A stretch of 64,000 bases of DNA from Candidatus Woesearchaeota archaeon (GTDB taxonomy: Archaea; Nanobdellota; Nanobdellia; Woesearchaeales; JACPJR01), in NCBI GenBank assembly GCA_016187565.1, contig JACPJR010000026.1:44232-108231 (forward strand), in the 5' to 3' direction. Below, one piece after another: positions 29,815 to 39,551 of this stretch. Numbering within the stretch: the first letter of the stretch is position 1; every line of letters begins with the position of its first letter. Position numbers and translations under genes: made by a program. Below the pieces are notes generated by a model that was not told the origin of the DNA, searched no databases, and worked only from the letters and a program-made list of their open reading frames with translations.

Positions 29815-30814
29815 ACTGCTCTTTAATAAAATCCGGGGGTTGTTGCAGGTACTTGACTGAAGGTTTTAGCCGAATTCTGTGACTGAGCACAGACAGTAAC
29901 GAGGCTTCAATGTCCTCCTTGGTAACTACCTTTCTCTCATGCAACAGTGCATATGCCTGAGCGCGTTCGTAAAGGCTTAGTGAAGCCCTTACGCTTGGTT
30001 TTTTTTCAACGTGGGCATGATCTCGCAAGTAGCGGACAAAAGAAAGCATAAAGCTCAAAAGCTCTGGAGGAAAAACGATGGCCTTTCCCTGATGTGTCAG
30101 TACCTTTGCTTTTTGCTTGACGATTGTTGTCTCTGTAGCAAGCTTCTCAGGATAGGTCATGTACATCAGATCAAACCGGTCGATGAACACGTCAGACAGT
30201 TTCTCGGTGCTGGTATCTTCAGGATTCATCGTGCCAATAAAAATAAATTCTGTGGGAAAGTCCACCTGATAACTTCCTATGGTTACCTTTTTTTCCTCGA
30301 GCACTTGGAGGAGGGCATTCTGTAGTTTTTCAGGACAACGATTCACTTCGTCAAAGAATAAGATGCCGTTGTTTGCCTGAAAGATTTTTCCTGGCGTAAA
30401 TGCTTGGAGTGAGAGAGGCCCAAATTGCAATGCTTTAAGAGGGTCAATATCTCCCAGAAGATCTTCAGCAGTTAAATCCGGACTCCCTTGAACACGAACA
30501 AAACGTTCTTTTCCCGTAAGCTCTTGTGTTGGTATTGTCATCCCACGTTCTTGTTTATGGAGGCATTCTGGACAGACAGGTAGTTCAGGAAGACAATGAT
30601 AAAGACAGGTATTCACGTGAACAGAGGGTAATAGCGCAGCAATATTTTTTGCCAGCGTTGTTTTTCCGATCCCTGGTGGACCAACAATGATGACATGATG
30701 CCCCATCAGGAGGGCCGACTTTAGTTGTAGCTTTGTTTCTTCCTGACCAACGATATCGTGTAAGCGATCCTGTTTTGTCAGAAGAGCAGTCCTTAATTCA
30801 TCATAGATAGACAT
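29762..30814 (-). CDS. ChlI/BchI-like AAA+ ATPase (MoxR-related)
   Basis: Walker A GPPGIGKTT, Walker B/sensor ILFFDEVNRC, Arg finger region, and a Cys-rich insertion CLYHCLPELPVCPEC after Walker A. Architecture parallels the Mg-chelatase I subunit. Confidence 0.8.
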   Translation of the reverse strand: MSIYDELRTALLTKQDRLHDIVGQEETKLQLKSALLMGHHVIIVGPPGIGKTTLAKNIAALLPSVHVNTCLYHCLPELPVCPECLHKQERGMTIPTQELTGKERFVRVQGSPDLTAEDLLGDIDPLKALQFGPLSLQAFTPGKIFQANNGILFFDEVNRCPEKLQNALLQVLEEKKVTIGSYQVDFPTEFIFIGTMNPEDTSTEKLSDVFIDRFDLMYMTYPEKLATETTIVKQKAKVLTHQGKAIVFPPELLSFMLSFVRYLRDHAHVEKKPSVRASLSLYERAQAYALLHERKVVTKEDIEASLLSVLSHRIRLKPSVKYLQQPPDFIKEQFAHFAEHHPIHESGDGP

Positions 30815-30875
30815 GAAAGAGCTAATATGGTTTTCTTATTTAAACTTTTGCTAACTCTTTTTTTGGATAAAGCTT

Positions 30876-33800
30876 TTACTCTTTTTCCTCTTCCTCTTTA
30901 TCCTTGCTTTCTGCTTCCAATCGCTTTGCTGTTTTATGTAAATTTTGTTGTCGATAGAAATAAATACCAATAGCGAGAATGACAATAATCGCAGTGAGAA
31001 TTACCCACAGAATCCAGTTGACTCGTGGCAGTGCTTTCTCATCCTCTGTTGTTTCAGGAGTGAGCAGAATCTCCTCCTGTGAATTATTTTCTCCTTGGTC
31101 TCCTTGTTGTTCTTGTTGGAGTTCTGACTCATTCTTTGGCTGTTCCTTTCCACTAATTGCGAAATAACTAAACCCTGGAGTTTCTGCCTCATAATACACA
31201 TAACTCGTATCTGAACCTGTTTTGTTTGTTGGCAGTTCGTTCCATACATCATTTGCGTATCGAAGAAGCAAGACGTCATTTTCAAGAATGTTTTTTTCAC
31301 TCAGCCATGAAAGGTTTACTTTAAAGCGAATCTTTGCATTGGTAAGCTGTCCTTCTTCTATATTCGAGGGAGTCACTTCGACGTATTGGTAGACCACCCT
31401 TTCAGAAGGAAGTAAGGTAGTTGGTGCAGAGCTGAGCTTTGCGATCTTAACGCTCACATTTGTTTTGTTTTCAAGCAAGGTAAACTCGAGCTGAGTTACT
31501 TCAATATCAACATCTTTTATCGTCCATATTGCGAGCTGTTCAGCAGTAACACTATCCCATTTTTTTTCTCCAGAAGTATTCAGTGTTGTTGTTCCTGAGG
31601 TTGTAGTATTTTGTTGGGTATTTCCTCCTCCTCCACCACCACCGCCTGTATCTTGGTTGCCTGAACCACAATCAGCACTACAGCTACTGCTTGATTCACC
31701 TGACTGACACGTACCATCGCCACAATAGGTAGCAATGCTCACACTTCCATTATTGGTTGGGCCAATACTGAGATTTTTATTTCCAGCATCGTCAACAGCA
31801 GTGACAATGTAGTAGTAGGTTGTATTGACCGATACACTATTGTCATTGTAGGATCTTGCAGTGGTATTTGTCAGATATGCTAATGTTTCATTGGCAAGAG
31901 CCTTGCTGAAGTTTGCCGTGGTATTCCTCCAGATTTGGTAGATTATGCCTGTTGCATCGGTGTTATTATTAACATCTCTTGTTACTGCTGTCCAGGCGAG
32001 TTCTGCAACGCCACTTCCTGAATCTACAATGCTTAGTCCGGTAGGAGACATTGGTTTAAAGGTATCATCGGTGGTTGCATTGAGGCTGTTGCTTACCACC
32101 GAGAGATTGTAATTTCCTGCAGTATCTTTCGTTACTAAAGCGTACCAGTAATTTGTTGCATGCACGCTGGTATTGTCTTCATAACTCGTGGTAGTTTCAT
32201 TGGTAATGGTTTTTACGAGTGTTGCTGATGCTGCGGTACTTGCATTAATAGTCGTTGTGTACCGTAAAATAAGGTACTGTTCATTACTTTCGTTGGTGTC
32301 ATTCTGCCAGGTAAGTTCAATATTGCCGTCAGCATCAGAATCATTTACGCTCAGTAAGGCTGGAGCGGTTGTTGGTGGGGTATTATCTGCATTACCATTG
32401 ATAGATGCACCAGGACCTGAGAAGTGCGGTAATTTTAACCAAACATAATCTCCACTAAAATTGTTGCTTGTTAATGCAACACAACACGTGAAGTCGCTTG
32501 TTGTTGCTGTACAGCTCAACGAGCAACTCATCCCGCCTCTGCTTGCATTGAACCAAGAGGTATTGTAATCGGCATATTCTGTAGGAATATTGCTCAGGTT
32601 TGGATCAGCACTTGCATTCCAGATGATATTCCAGTTACTGTCATAAAGGTACGTAAGGGTGGCGTTTATTCCTGATGACGGTATAACCAGACTTGTGTTT
32701 AAGGGAATGCCAATAAGAATAGCGTCATAAATATCAGGAGCAAAACTCGCAACCTTCCAGATCTGTTGGAAACTTCCGCCTGACTGATTGGTGAGATCAC
32801 TCTCTGCCTGGTCGTTCAGTGCAGCATCGGGGGGGCCTGAGGCAAGTAAATCCATCCCGACAAACATGACCATTGGTCCATCGGTAATTTGTAGTCTTCC
32901 ATTGACCTTTCCGCCCATCATGGCTTTGAAAGGATTAAACTCAGTACCGAACGAAGCAACATCACAACTAGCGTTCGGCTGGATACCATTACAGTTTGCC
33001 TCGTTTTTGATAAGCTTGAAGGTAAAATTACTGAACTTTCCTTCAGAACTTCCGCTACTATTTACTCCCTCTGGGTTGAACTGCTTGAGTTGTATGGTGA
33101 TGGGATTTTGGGTGAGGTTGATTACTTTCTTTAGTGGTGCAAAATTACTGCTGTAAATCTCGAGGGTCACATTGCTCTCGTTGAGGAATGGCACGGTAAG
33201 ATTACCTTGGGTTACTGACTCGTACATATAGGTAAAGGTACCACTACTCATGGCAACCTGTGCTTCAAGATGGATATCAGTTACTGAACTATTTTCTTCA
33301 TCAATAAGACGGATAGTTGTTTGTGTGGCGTTGAGATCCGAGGTCTGGGTATAGGTTCCTGCCAGCGGTTTCAATGTAAGATTAAATTGAGTGTCTTGCG
33401 TTATGGTTATGTTCTGGAATGCTGCATAATATGTTGCACTTGATCCTGTCCCATTGCTTCCAAAGAATTCAAGCATATACGTAATGCCGGTTGTTGGGTT
33501 TCCCATAAGTTGCAGGCTGTAGTTTGTGGTAAAGTTCGAGATGTTTATGCCATTCGTGATGTTTGGTGTACCAAGACTTACCTCAGCGTTTGGTGGAACC
33601 ATGCCGGAAACAGATAGCTTTGCAGTAATACTCGTTACATTAATGTCATTCCTGCCTCCTTGCACGGTAATAAAACCAGTAAGATAATTTGAAGCATAGG
33701 TCATATTCTGGGTAATGGGAAGAGTATAATTTGTTCCCTCATAACTAGAAATATTCGTTAATGAATACGTCAGAGGAGGAATACAAGCGGTTGGATCAAT

Positions 33801-34427
33801 ATCACAATTACCAACAGCATCTGGGCTGCGGAAAAAAACAACCGTATAATTTCGATTTCTTGGCACGAGGATGTTTGTTGCATTCGTCAAGGTTGTAATT
33901 TTTTCACTGACAAACATGCCAAAGGTTTTTTCGAGGATAAAATAATTAAAGCTGAGATTATTCCCCGAATTGTTGATGGCATTGAGCTGTAATGTTGCCG
34001 CAGGCTGGAGATAGATTGTTCCATTCTCCATCTCTTGTTGGATAGCTTCTTTCGGCAGTATCGGTAAGGTAGGTCCTACTTCGAGACCTGTTCTATTATC
34101 AGGGTGATAGAGACGAGCGCTGACCTGAAATAAAAGACTACAGCTGCCATTAATACTTGTAATGTTGAACCTTCCTGTTGCATCGGTTAATGCCCATTTT
34201 GGGTTCTCGGGGATCGGTGTTCCTTGACTTGCTTGAATCACACTCACATTAACTCCTTGAGCAGTTTGATAAGTACTGTTCATTACTGCTCCAGAAAACC
34301 AGAAGGTGTCAGTGTCCGTACACACGGCATCGGTTACGGGTAAAAGAACAAACAGCGTGATTGCACAACAGAACAACAGAAGAAGATGTTTAGGAAAATT
34401 CTTCACAACAAGTTGTAGAGATTTCAT
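30876..34427 (-). CDS. Giant cell-surface protein (FN3-like repeats, C-terminal TM anchor)
   Basis: 1183 aa. Signal peptide. Dozens of Asn-X-Ser/Thr sequons. Cys-rich cluster CGDGTCQSGESSSSCSADCG followed by a Gly8 tract. C-terminal TM helix ILWVILTAIIVILAIGIYF plus charged KE tail. Confidence 0.7.
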   Translation of the reverse strand: MKSLQLVVKNFPKHLLLLFCCAITLFVLLPVTDAVCTDTDTFWFSGAVMNSTYQTAQGVNVSVIQASQGTPIPENPKWALTDATGRFNITSINGSCSLLFQVSARLYHPDNRTGLEVGPTLPILPKEAIQQEMENGTIYLQPAATLQLNAINNSGNNLSFNYFILEKTFGMFVSEKITTLTNATNILVPRNRNYTVVFFRSPDAVGNCDIDPTACIPPLTYSLTNISSYEGTNYTLPITQNMTYASNYLTGFITVQGGRNDINVTSITAKLSVSGMVPPNAEVSLGTPNITNGINISNFTTNYSLQLMGNPTTGITYMLEFFGSNGTGSSATYYAAFQNITITQDTQFNLTLKPLAGTYTQTSDLNATQTTIRLIDEENSSVTDIHLEAQVAMSSGTFTYMYESVTQGNLTVPFLNESNVTLEIYSSNFAPLKKVINLTQNPITIQLKQFNPEGVNSSGSSEGKFSNFTFKLIKNEANCNGIQPNASCDVASFGTEFNPFKAMMGGKVNGRLQITDGPMVMFVGMDLLASGPPDAALNDQAESDLTNQSGGSFQQIWKVASFAPDIYDAILIGIPLNTSLVIPSSGINATLTYLYDSNWNIIWNASADPNLSNIPTEYADYNTSWFNASRGGMSCSLSCTATTSDFTCCVALTSNNFSGDYVWLKLPHFSGPGASINGNADNTPPTTAPALLSVNDSDADGNIELTWQNDTNESNEQYLILRYTTTINASTAASATLVKTITNETTTSYEDNTSVHATNYWYALVTKDTAGNYNLSVVSNSLNATTDDTFKPMSPTGLSIVDSGSGVAELAWTAVTRDVNNNTDATGIIYQIWRNTTANFSKALANETLAYLTNTTARSYNDNSVSVNTTYYYIVTAVDDAGNKNLSIGPTNNGSVSIATYCGDGTCQSGESSSSCSADCGSGNQDTGGGGGGGGNTQQNTTTSGTTTLNTSGEKKWDSVTAEQLAIWTIKDVDIEVTQLEFTLLENKTNVSVKIAKLSSAPTTLLPSERVVYQYVEVTPSNIEEGQLTNAKIRFKVNLSWLSEKNILENDVLLLRYANDVWNELPTNKTGSDTSYVYYEAETPGFSYFAISGKEQPKNESELQQEQQGDQGENNSQEEILLTPETTEDEKALPRVNWILWVILTAIIVILAIGIYFYRQQNLHKTAKRLEAESKDKEEEEKE

Positions 34428-34659
34428 GTGCCCGCCTCTTTTCTCGCCATACTTATAATGATTTTGCCATCAGTTAATATCCAATTTCTTTTCTTTCTTT
34501 TGATGGTGTTTAAAGGCTATGAATGGATAACTTGTATTTAAATCTTTTTTTCTCCAATGGTTGAAGTGATAAGGTAAACAAGAAGATTTCTGGTATGTAC
34601 GTAAAAAAAACGCTTTCTGGTCAGCAATTCATATAAACTCCCGTTATCAGCATTGTGGA

Positions 34660-35085
34660 ATGACAAAACGGTACTGGCTTGATACTTCGCTTTGGAGAGA
34701 TTTCTACGAGGACAGAACAAGTAAAGCGGGTAATCCACTTGGAAAATATGCAGCAAATCTTTTCATAAAGATACTCCAAAAGAGAGATATTATACTATTC
34801 TCAAAATCATTAATTTGGGAACTAAAAAAAGATTATCCTGAAAAGGATATTTATGATATGCTTGGGTTTCTTTTTATGAATAATGTCCTTCTAAAAATTG
34901 AAATCACAAAAGAAGAGTATCTTGAAGCAAAGAGGCTAGCTCAATTGAGGAATATACCTTTTGTCGACTGTCTTAATGCAATCCAAGCAAGGAATCATAG
35001 TGCTCTCCTTATTTCACAGGACAAACATTTTCATAAAAACCTATCAGATATAGTAAAGACAATGAAGCCACAGGATATTACTTAA
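34660..35085 (+). CDS. PIN-domain (VapC-like) protein
   Basis: N-terminal WLDTSLW and C-terminal FVDCLNAIQARNHSALLISQDKHF PIN motifs. Confidence 0.5.
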   Translation: MTKRYWLDTSLWRDFYEDRTSKAGNPLGKYAANLFIKILQKRDIILFSKSLIWELKKDYPEKDIYDMLGFLFMNNVLLKIEITKEEYLEAKRLAQLRNIPFVDCLNAIQARNHSALLISQDKHFHKNLSDIVKTMKPQDIT

Positions 35086-35344
35086 ACCTTTTCTCGAGTT
35101 CTACCATTAGTTCCTTACTTACTTCCTTTTTGGTTTTTAGGTTTTGTTCATACGTCGTCTTTTTATCAGCCTTGCCCTTAAATTTCAGAAATTCCTTCAC
35201 TAATACTTCCTTGTCAAGTTCAGCCAGTTTGTCTCTCACTGCTTCTCTGAAAAATTCTGTCCGAGAATTAAAATTATGTTCTCCTATCGTTTCGTCTATT
35301 TTTTTGAGTACTTCTTCCTGAAATTTTACAGTGACAACTTCCAT
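35078..35344 (-). CDS. Ribbon-helix-helix (CopG-like) DNA-binding protein
   Basis: VTVKFQEEVLKKIDETIGEHNFNSRTEFFREAVRDKL is a typical RHH fold sequence. It is convergent with the PIN gene and not co-transcribed with it. Confidence 0.5.
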   Translation of the reverse strand: MEVVTVKFQEEVLKKIDETIGEHNFNSRTEFFREAVRDKLAELDKEVLVKEFLKFKGKADKKTTYEQNLKTKKEVSKELMVELEKRFK

Positions 35345-35399
35345 CGTATGCCATTGTAATACATGGTAATATTTAAACCTTTCTCCTCATCCTTGAGAA

Positions 35400-36296
35400 C
35401 TATTGCGTTGTTATTTCTATTTTATCGGTTACGATAATCGTGTGTTCTGCTTGACTGACGATGCCTTTTGCCACTTCAGGAAGTGGAGGGTAGTCTCGCA
35501 GTATACCTGATAGCACAAGCTGGCGCAAGGCAAATTGAACCTGGAAAGGAGAGAAATCTTTTGTTAGCCAGCGAGAGGCAAAGGGAAGCATATGATACTC
35601 TTTTATTTTTGCAAGGATCTGTCGTGTCGTGTTATCACGGACTGGTCTGGTAGCAATTTGTGAAAATATCAGAGGATTACTACTATTTTGTATTTTTCCT
35701 GCACCAGTTGTGGCAAAGGGTTCAATAGCAAAAATCATTCCTTTTGTAATAGCTCGTTTTTCACCGGTATCATAATTCGGAATGCCTGGTTCGGTATGGA
35801 CGTCATAGACACTAATGCCATGGCCTGAGAGATTTCGCACGGGTGCAAAGCCACGAGCAGTAATGGTATCCTGAATGCTCTTTCCGATAGCGCCAATAGG
35901 TGTGCCAAGAGCAAGGGTTTTGATTGCAGCTGTTAAAGCTTCTTCTGCTGCTCTGACGAGATCAGTATACTTTCCTGAAAGATCAATGGTACAGGCCGTA
36001 TCTCCGATACATCCTTTAATATGGACTCCAACGTCAACCTTTACCACTTCATTGCGAAAGACTCTTGTATCTTGGGGAGCGGCCGTGTCATGCGCAGCAA
36101 CATGATTAAGACTGATGTTTACCGGAAACGCAGGTTCTCCTCCTAATTCCCTGATCTTTGCCTCAAGAATTTCGGCAACATCAAGAACCTTAACTCCGGG
36201 CTTGACTATAGTTTTGGCGTATTCTCTGACATCTGCTGCAATCTTCCCTGCCTGACGCCAGTGTTCGATGTTCTCAATGCTGTTTGATCCAATCAT
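35400..36296 (-). CDS. map: Methionine aminopeptidase, type 2 (archaeal)
   Basis: 298 aa; pita-bread fold motifs; metal ligands within DVGVHIKGCIGDTA, HGISVYDVHTEPGIPNY, IFAIEPF. Confidence 0.85.
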   Translation of the reverse strand: MIGSNSIENIEHWRQAGKIAADVREYAKTIVKPGVKVLDVAEILEAKIRELGGEPAFPVNISLNHVAAHDTAAPQDTRVFRNEVVKVDVGVHIKGCIGDTACTIDLSGKYTDLVRAAEEALTAAIKTLALGTPIGAIGKSIQDTITARGFAPVRNLSGHGISVYDVHTEPGIPNYDTGEKRAITKGMIFAIEPFATTGAGKIQNSSNPLIFSQIATRPVRDNTTRQILAKIKEYHMLPFASRWLTKDFSPFQVQFALRQLVLSGILRDYPPLPEVAKGIVSQAEHTIIVTDKIEITTQ

Positions 36297-36317
36297 AGTA
36301 GAGTGAAAAAGAACCGT

Positions 36318-37139
36318 TTATTTAAAGGTTTGGACGTGTTTAATAATCTCCGTTGAAACCTCTCGGAAATCTGGTACTCTTTGAAGATAGTTTTTCAATT
36401 CTTTATCCCATCCAGCTTCTTTCTCTTTGACCTTTTTGATAAACCTCTGTTCTTCGAAAGTCTCTTGATAGTAGGCAAGTTTTATGTTCGTTGATTGCAC
36501 GTCAAAAGTTGCTCCTTTTTTTATGAGAAAGAAGAAATCAAAAACATCTCTGGACTTATTTCTTGTCATAATAGCTCTTACTTTCTCAGCTAAAATCTCA
36601 TGTTCATGCATAACAAGGAGCGTGTAAGGGGTGAGATCCCTATACAGGGGGATTATTTGTTTGAGATTTGGTTTCAAAAGAACGTCTTCACGGGTACTGA
36701 TTTCGACTCTGAGATGATAGATACTTGATGGGTTGGTCGTATAAAGCGGACCTTGTATGTTTATCTTAAAGGTCTTTCCAATGGTTTTTATCTCTTGCAC
36801 CGTATTTTTATATCCGAATTCAGTAATGTTCTTACTTACTTTCTCCATTATCTGATGAGTGTTGGTTTCATGGGCTTGGGTAAAATCGAGATCGACACTG
36901 AACCGGTTTAGACTATACACTTTCTGTAACGCAGTACCCCCCTTAAAAATAAGGCTGTTGGCAGTATTCCTTGATAAGAAGAGAAGAAATACGTGTTGAA
37001 GATAATCCATCTCTGCTTGGCCAAGATTGTATCCGAGCATCCTCGCATATTCCTGTAGCTCACCTTTGAGTATCATTTGCAAACACCTCGTTTGTGAGAA
37101 GTCTCCATTTTGATGAGCGTTTCGCAGTTTTAGGAGCAA
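36318..37139 (-). CDS. abiEii: AbiEii-family nucleotidyltransferase toxin (DUF1814)
   Basis: Motifs FKGGTAL and RFSVDLDF, plus N-terminal EMDYLQHVFLLFL. Overlaps the 3' end of the upstream AbiEi gene; the start may be the downstream Met. Confidence 0.7.
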   Translation of the reverse strand: MLLKLRNAHQNGDFSQTRCLQMILKGELQEYARMLGYNLGQAEMDYLQHVFLLFLSRNTANSLIFKGGTALQKVYSLNRFSVDLDFTQAHETNTHQIMEKVSKNITEFGYKNTVQEIKTIGKTFKINIQGPLYTTNPSSIYHLRVEISTREDVLLKPNLKQIIPLYRDLTPYTLLVMHEHEILAEKVRAIMTRNKSRDVFDFFFLIKKGATFDVQSTNIKLAYYQETFEEQRFIKKVKEKEAGWDKELKNYLQRVPDFREVSTEIIKHVQTFK

Positions 37140-37803
37140 AGGGATTCAGCAGATCATATCTACTGTTTAATCTCCCTTTGAGTTGGTCGTACACATCAAT
37201 TCCTTGTAATTCTAGGAGATATCCAAGTCTTTTAATGGTTACTTTTGAATCCATAAGGAGTGCATATCTGATAAGCTTGTCAATAGCTAACTCGTTGTTT
37301 TTCAGCGCCTCAAAACTTTCGCTTATCGGGCAATGTCGTGGCAAATACAGGGAATCGATGATTGCTTTTTCAGGTTCCGCGATAAAAAGATAATGATTGC
37401 TCTGTTGCTCTCTTCGATATCCAAAAAGATGGCGTTTTTTAAATTTGATAAAGGTAATGTCCATATTGTCGAGCCGGAGCGTTTTTTTCGAAGTTAGGCA
37501 AACTACCTTTACGACAATGGGGATTTGGGTGGTGAAGCCATAGAAAGAATAGGCACTGATGAATGAGAGATAGGAAGGAAAAATAAGGTTGGTGGCAATC
37601 GCAAGGGTATCATTTACCTTTGTGTATTTTCCCTTTTCAACCTCCTGAATAAGATTTCTTTTGATGAGCCTATGAACATAGATGCGTGCATATTCTCTGC
37701 TTTTCCCGGTGATCCTAATAATCTCATTAAGCGTGATGACGGGATTAGATATCTTTTCAAGCTCCTGAAGAAACGGTATTGCCTGCATGTACCTTTGAAG
37801 CAA
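37060..37803 (-). CDS. abiEi: AbiEi-family antitoxin / transcriptional regulator
   Basis: N-terminal winged HTH (ITLNEIIRITGKSREYARIYVHRLIKRNLIQEVEKGKY), C-terminal AbiEi_3-like domain, paired with AbiEii. Confidence 0.6.
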   Translation of the reverse strand: MLQRYMQAIPFLQELEKISNPVITLNEIIRITGKSREYARIYVHRLIKRNLIQEVEKGKYTKVNDTLAIATNLIFPSYLSFISAYSFYGFTTQIPIVVKVVCLTSKKTLRLDNMDITFIKFKKRHLFGYRREQQSNHYLFIAEPEKAIIDSLYLPRHCPISESFEALKNNELAIDKLIRYALLMDSKVTIKRLGYLLELQGIDVYDQLKGRLNSRYDLLNPFAPKTAKRSSKWRLLTNEVFANDTQR

Positions 37804-38013
37804 AAAGAAGTATTTAAGCTTTTCGTTAATCTAAAATTAGCAAAATTAGATATTATGTGATAATGAAAAGTAGGGTTCTATCTTTTTATTAAACCATTAT
37901 TATCATAAATGATTATTTTGACAAAATAAAAAGATACCACCTACCGAGAAAAGAATCTATTTTTTCCTCACAACCCCTAATCTTGCCTCAATAAGTATTC
38001 CAACCGTCCTTCC

Positions 38014-38664
38014 TTAGAAATGTTTCCACCCACTAAGGTTATAATCTTTTGGATCTCTTTTTGGCCGTAGAGACTGTAGTTGATTATTGTACGCATCGTA
38101 TTCTTGATCTCCAGGTCTAATTACCTTGTGATGACGGGGTGGTTCATAACGTCCGAATCCCTTGGTAATATATAGAGCATAGCCCAAAGAGTCAGAGAGA
38201 GTACTGCACGCAAAAACAGTTATGGTATCTGGGATACTTGCTGTAGAATCACCTTCTTGAATGCGTATTATCCGTTCTTCTAGTCCAGCTACCAACCAAT
38301 CGTTTCGTTGGTTTTTTTCTCTGTATGCTTTAAATTGTTGATTATGGTGTTCGTATGCTTGATCACCGGGTCTAATGAGGTGGTTATGTCTAAAAAAGGG
38401 TTCATTTATGTTCCAAGTAAGTACTGCAATGTATGATGCATCATCTGATGATCCTCCGCCCTCACCACCGTAAATAAAGAGAGTATCTGGATTATAACCG
38501 CTTTTTAAAACAAACGCTCTTTGTTCAAAATCTTCGCGTTGCTGATTCATAATAGTCGTCTTTTTCTCTTCGCTCTTTTCACTATTTGTTTCACTTTTGC
38601 TTGCACAGCCAGCAATACTCATACCGATAACGCCTATGCCCATTAACATCCTTCGATAGTTCAT
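38014..38664 (-). CDS. Lipoprotein with internal duplicated H-x-H-L/V-IRPGDQ-x-Y motif
   Basis: Lipobox SIAGC. Two copies of the motif: FFRHNHLIRPGDQAYEHHNQQFKAYR and RHHKVIRPGDQEYDAYNNQLQSLR. Confidence 0.5.
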   Translation of the reverse strand: MNYRRMLMGIGVIGMSIAGCASKSETNSEKSEEKKTTIMNQQREDFEQRAFVLKSGYNPDTLFIYGGEGGGSSDDASYIAVLTWNINEPFFRHNHLIRPGDQAYEHHNQQFKAYREKNQRNDWLVAGLEERIIRIQEGDSTASIPDTITVFACSTLSDSLGYALYITKGFGRYEPPRHHKVIRPGDQEYDAYNNQLQSLRPKRDPKDYNLSGWKHF

Positions 38665-38816
38665 GTTTCATCACATCCAAAACGTTTCTTCTCTCATTTT
38701 TTCCAACGGTTATTTTACTACTTCTCTGGGAGATCACGTCTACTATTTTAACCTTTGTAGTAAAAGTTTTTACGAAAATAAGAAAATTTAAATACTCCCA
38801 GAGGTTTATCCGGTAG

Positions 38817-39551
38817 ATGAACACCGAGATTCTCAAGGAACTTGGGTTGACCAACAATGAGATAACCGTCTACCTCACTTTGTTGCAAACAGGTTCTGTT
38901 TCTGTGAATACTATTGCCGAGCGATCAGGGTTACATCGCCAAGCCGTGTATGATGCGCTTGACCGATTACTTGAGAAAGGGTTTGTTAGTTTTGTGGTGC
39001 AGCAGAATAAAAAGCACTTTCAAGGGATCCACCCTGAGAAGATTATGGATATGTTTCACCAAAAAGAACAGAAGATTCAATCCTTTCTTCCTGAATTAAT
39101 TGCCTTAACTCATCTCCCTCGTGAGGATACCTTTGTCGAGCTTATTAAGGGAAGAGAGGTCATTAGAACAGTTTATCGTGACATCATTAAGACCTTAACG
39201 AAGAAACCAGGCGAAATCCTTATTTCGGGTGTTGATGAACGCAAATTCTTTAACGAAGATCCTATTGCTCTTGACCAGCACATCAACCGATTACGAAAAC
39301 TCAACTGTACTGAACGAGTACTCGTGAAGGAAGGAGACAGAACCTTTGTTACCGGTAGACAAACAACCTACCGTTGGGTTCCTGCAGCGTACTTCCATGC
39401 CACTCCCATGATGGTTTACCAACATAAGCTTACTATTATTATAATGGGTACACCAAATTACGCTATTATGATTGAGAACAAGGATTTGGCTGATGCTTAC
39501 CGAAAACAGTTCAATCTTCTCTGGAGGGTTGCAAAGCCATTGGATCGCTAG
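38817..39551 (+). CDS. TrmB-family transcriptional regulator
   Basis: N-terminal LGLTNNEITVYLTLLQTGSVSVNTIAERSGLHRQAVYDALDRLLEKGFV is a TrmB winged HTH; C-terminal effector-like domain. Confidence 0.7.
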   Translation: MNTEILKELGLTNNEITVYLTLLQTGSVSVNTIAERSGLHRQAVYDALDRLLEKGFVSFVVQQNKKHFQGIHPEKIMDMFHQKEQKIQSFLPELIALTHLPREDTFVELIKGREVIRTVYRDIIKTLTKKPGEILISGVDERKFFNEDPIALDQHINRLRKLNCTERVLVKEGDRTFVTGRQTTYRWVPAAYFHATPMMVYQHKLTIIIMGTPNYAIMIENKDLADAYRKQFNLLWRVAKPLDR

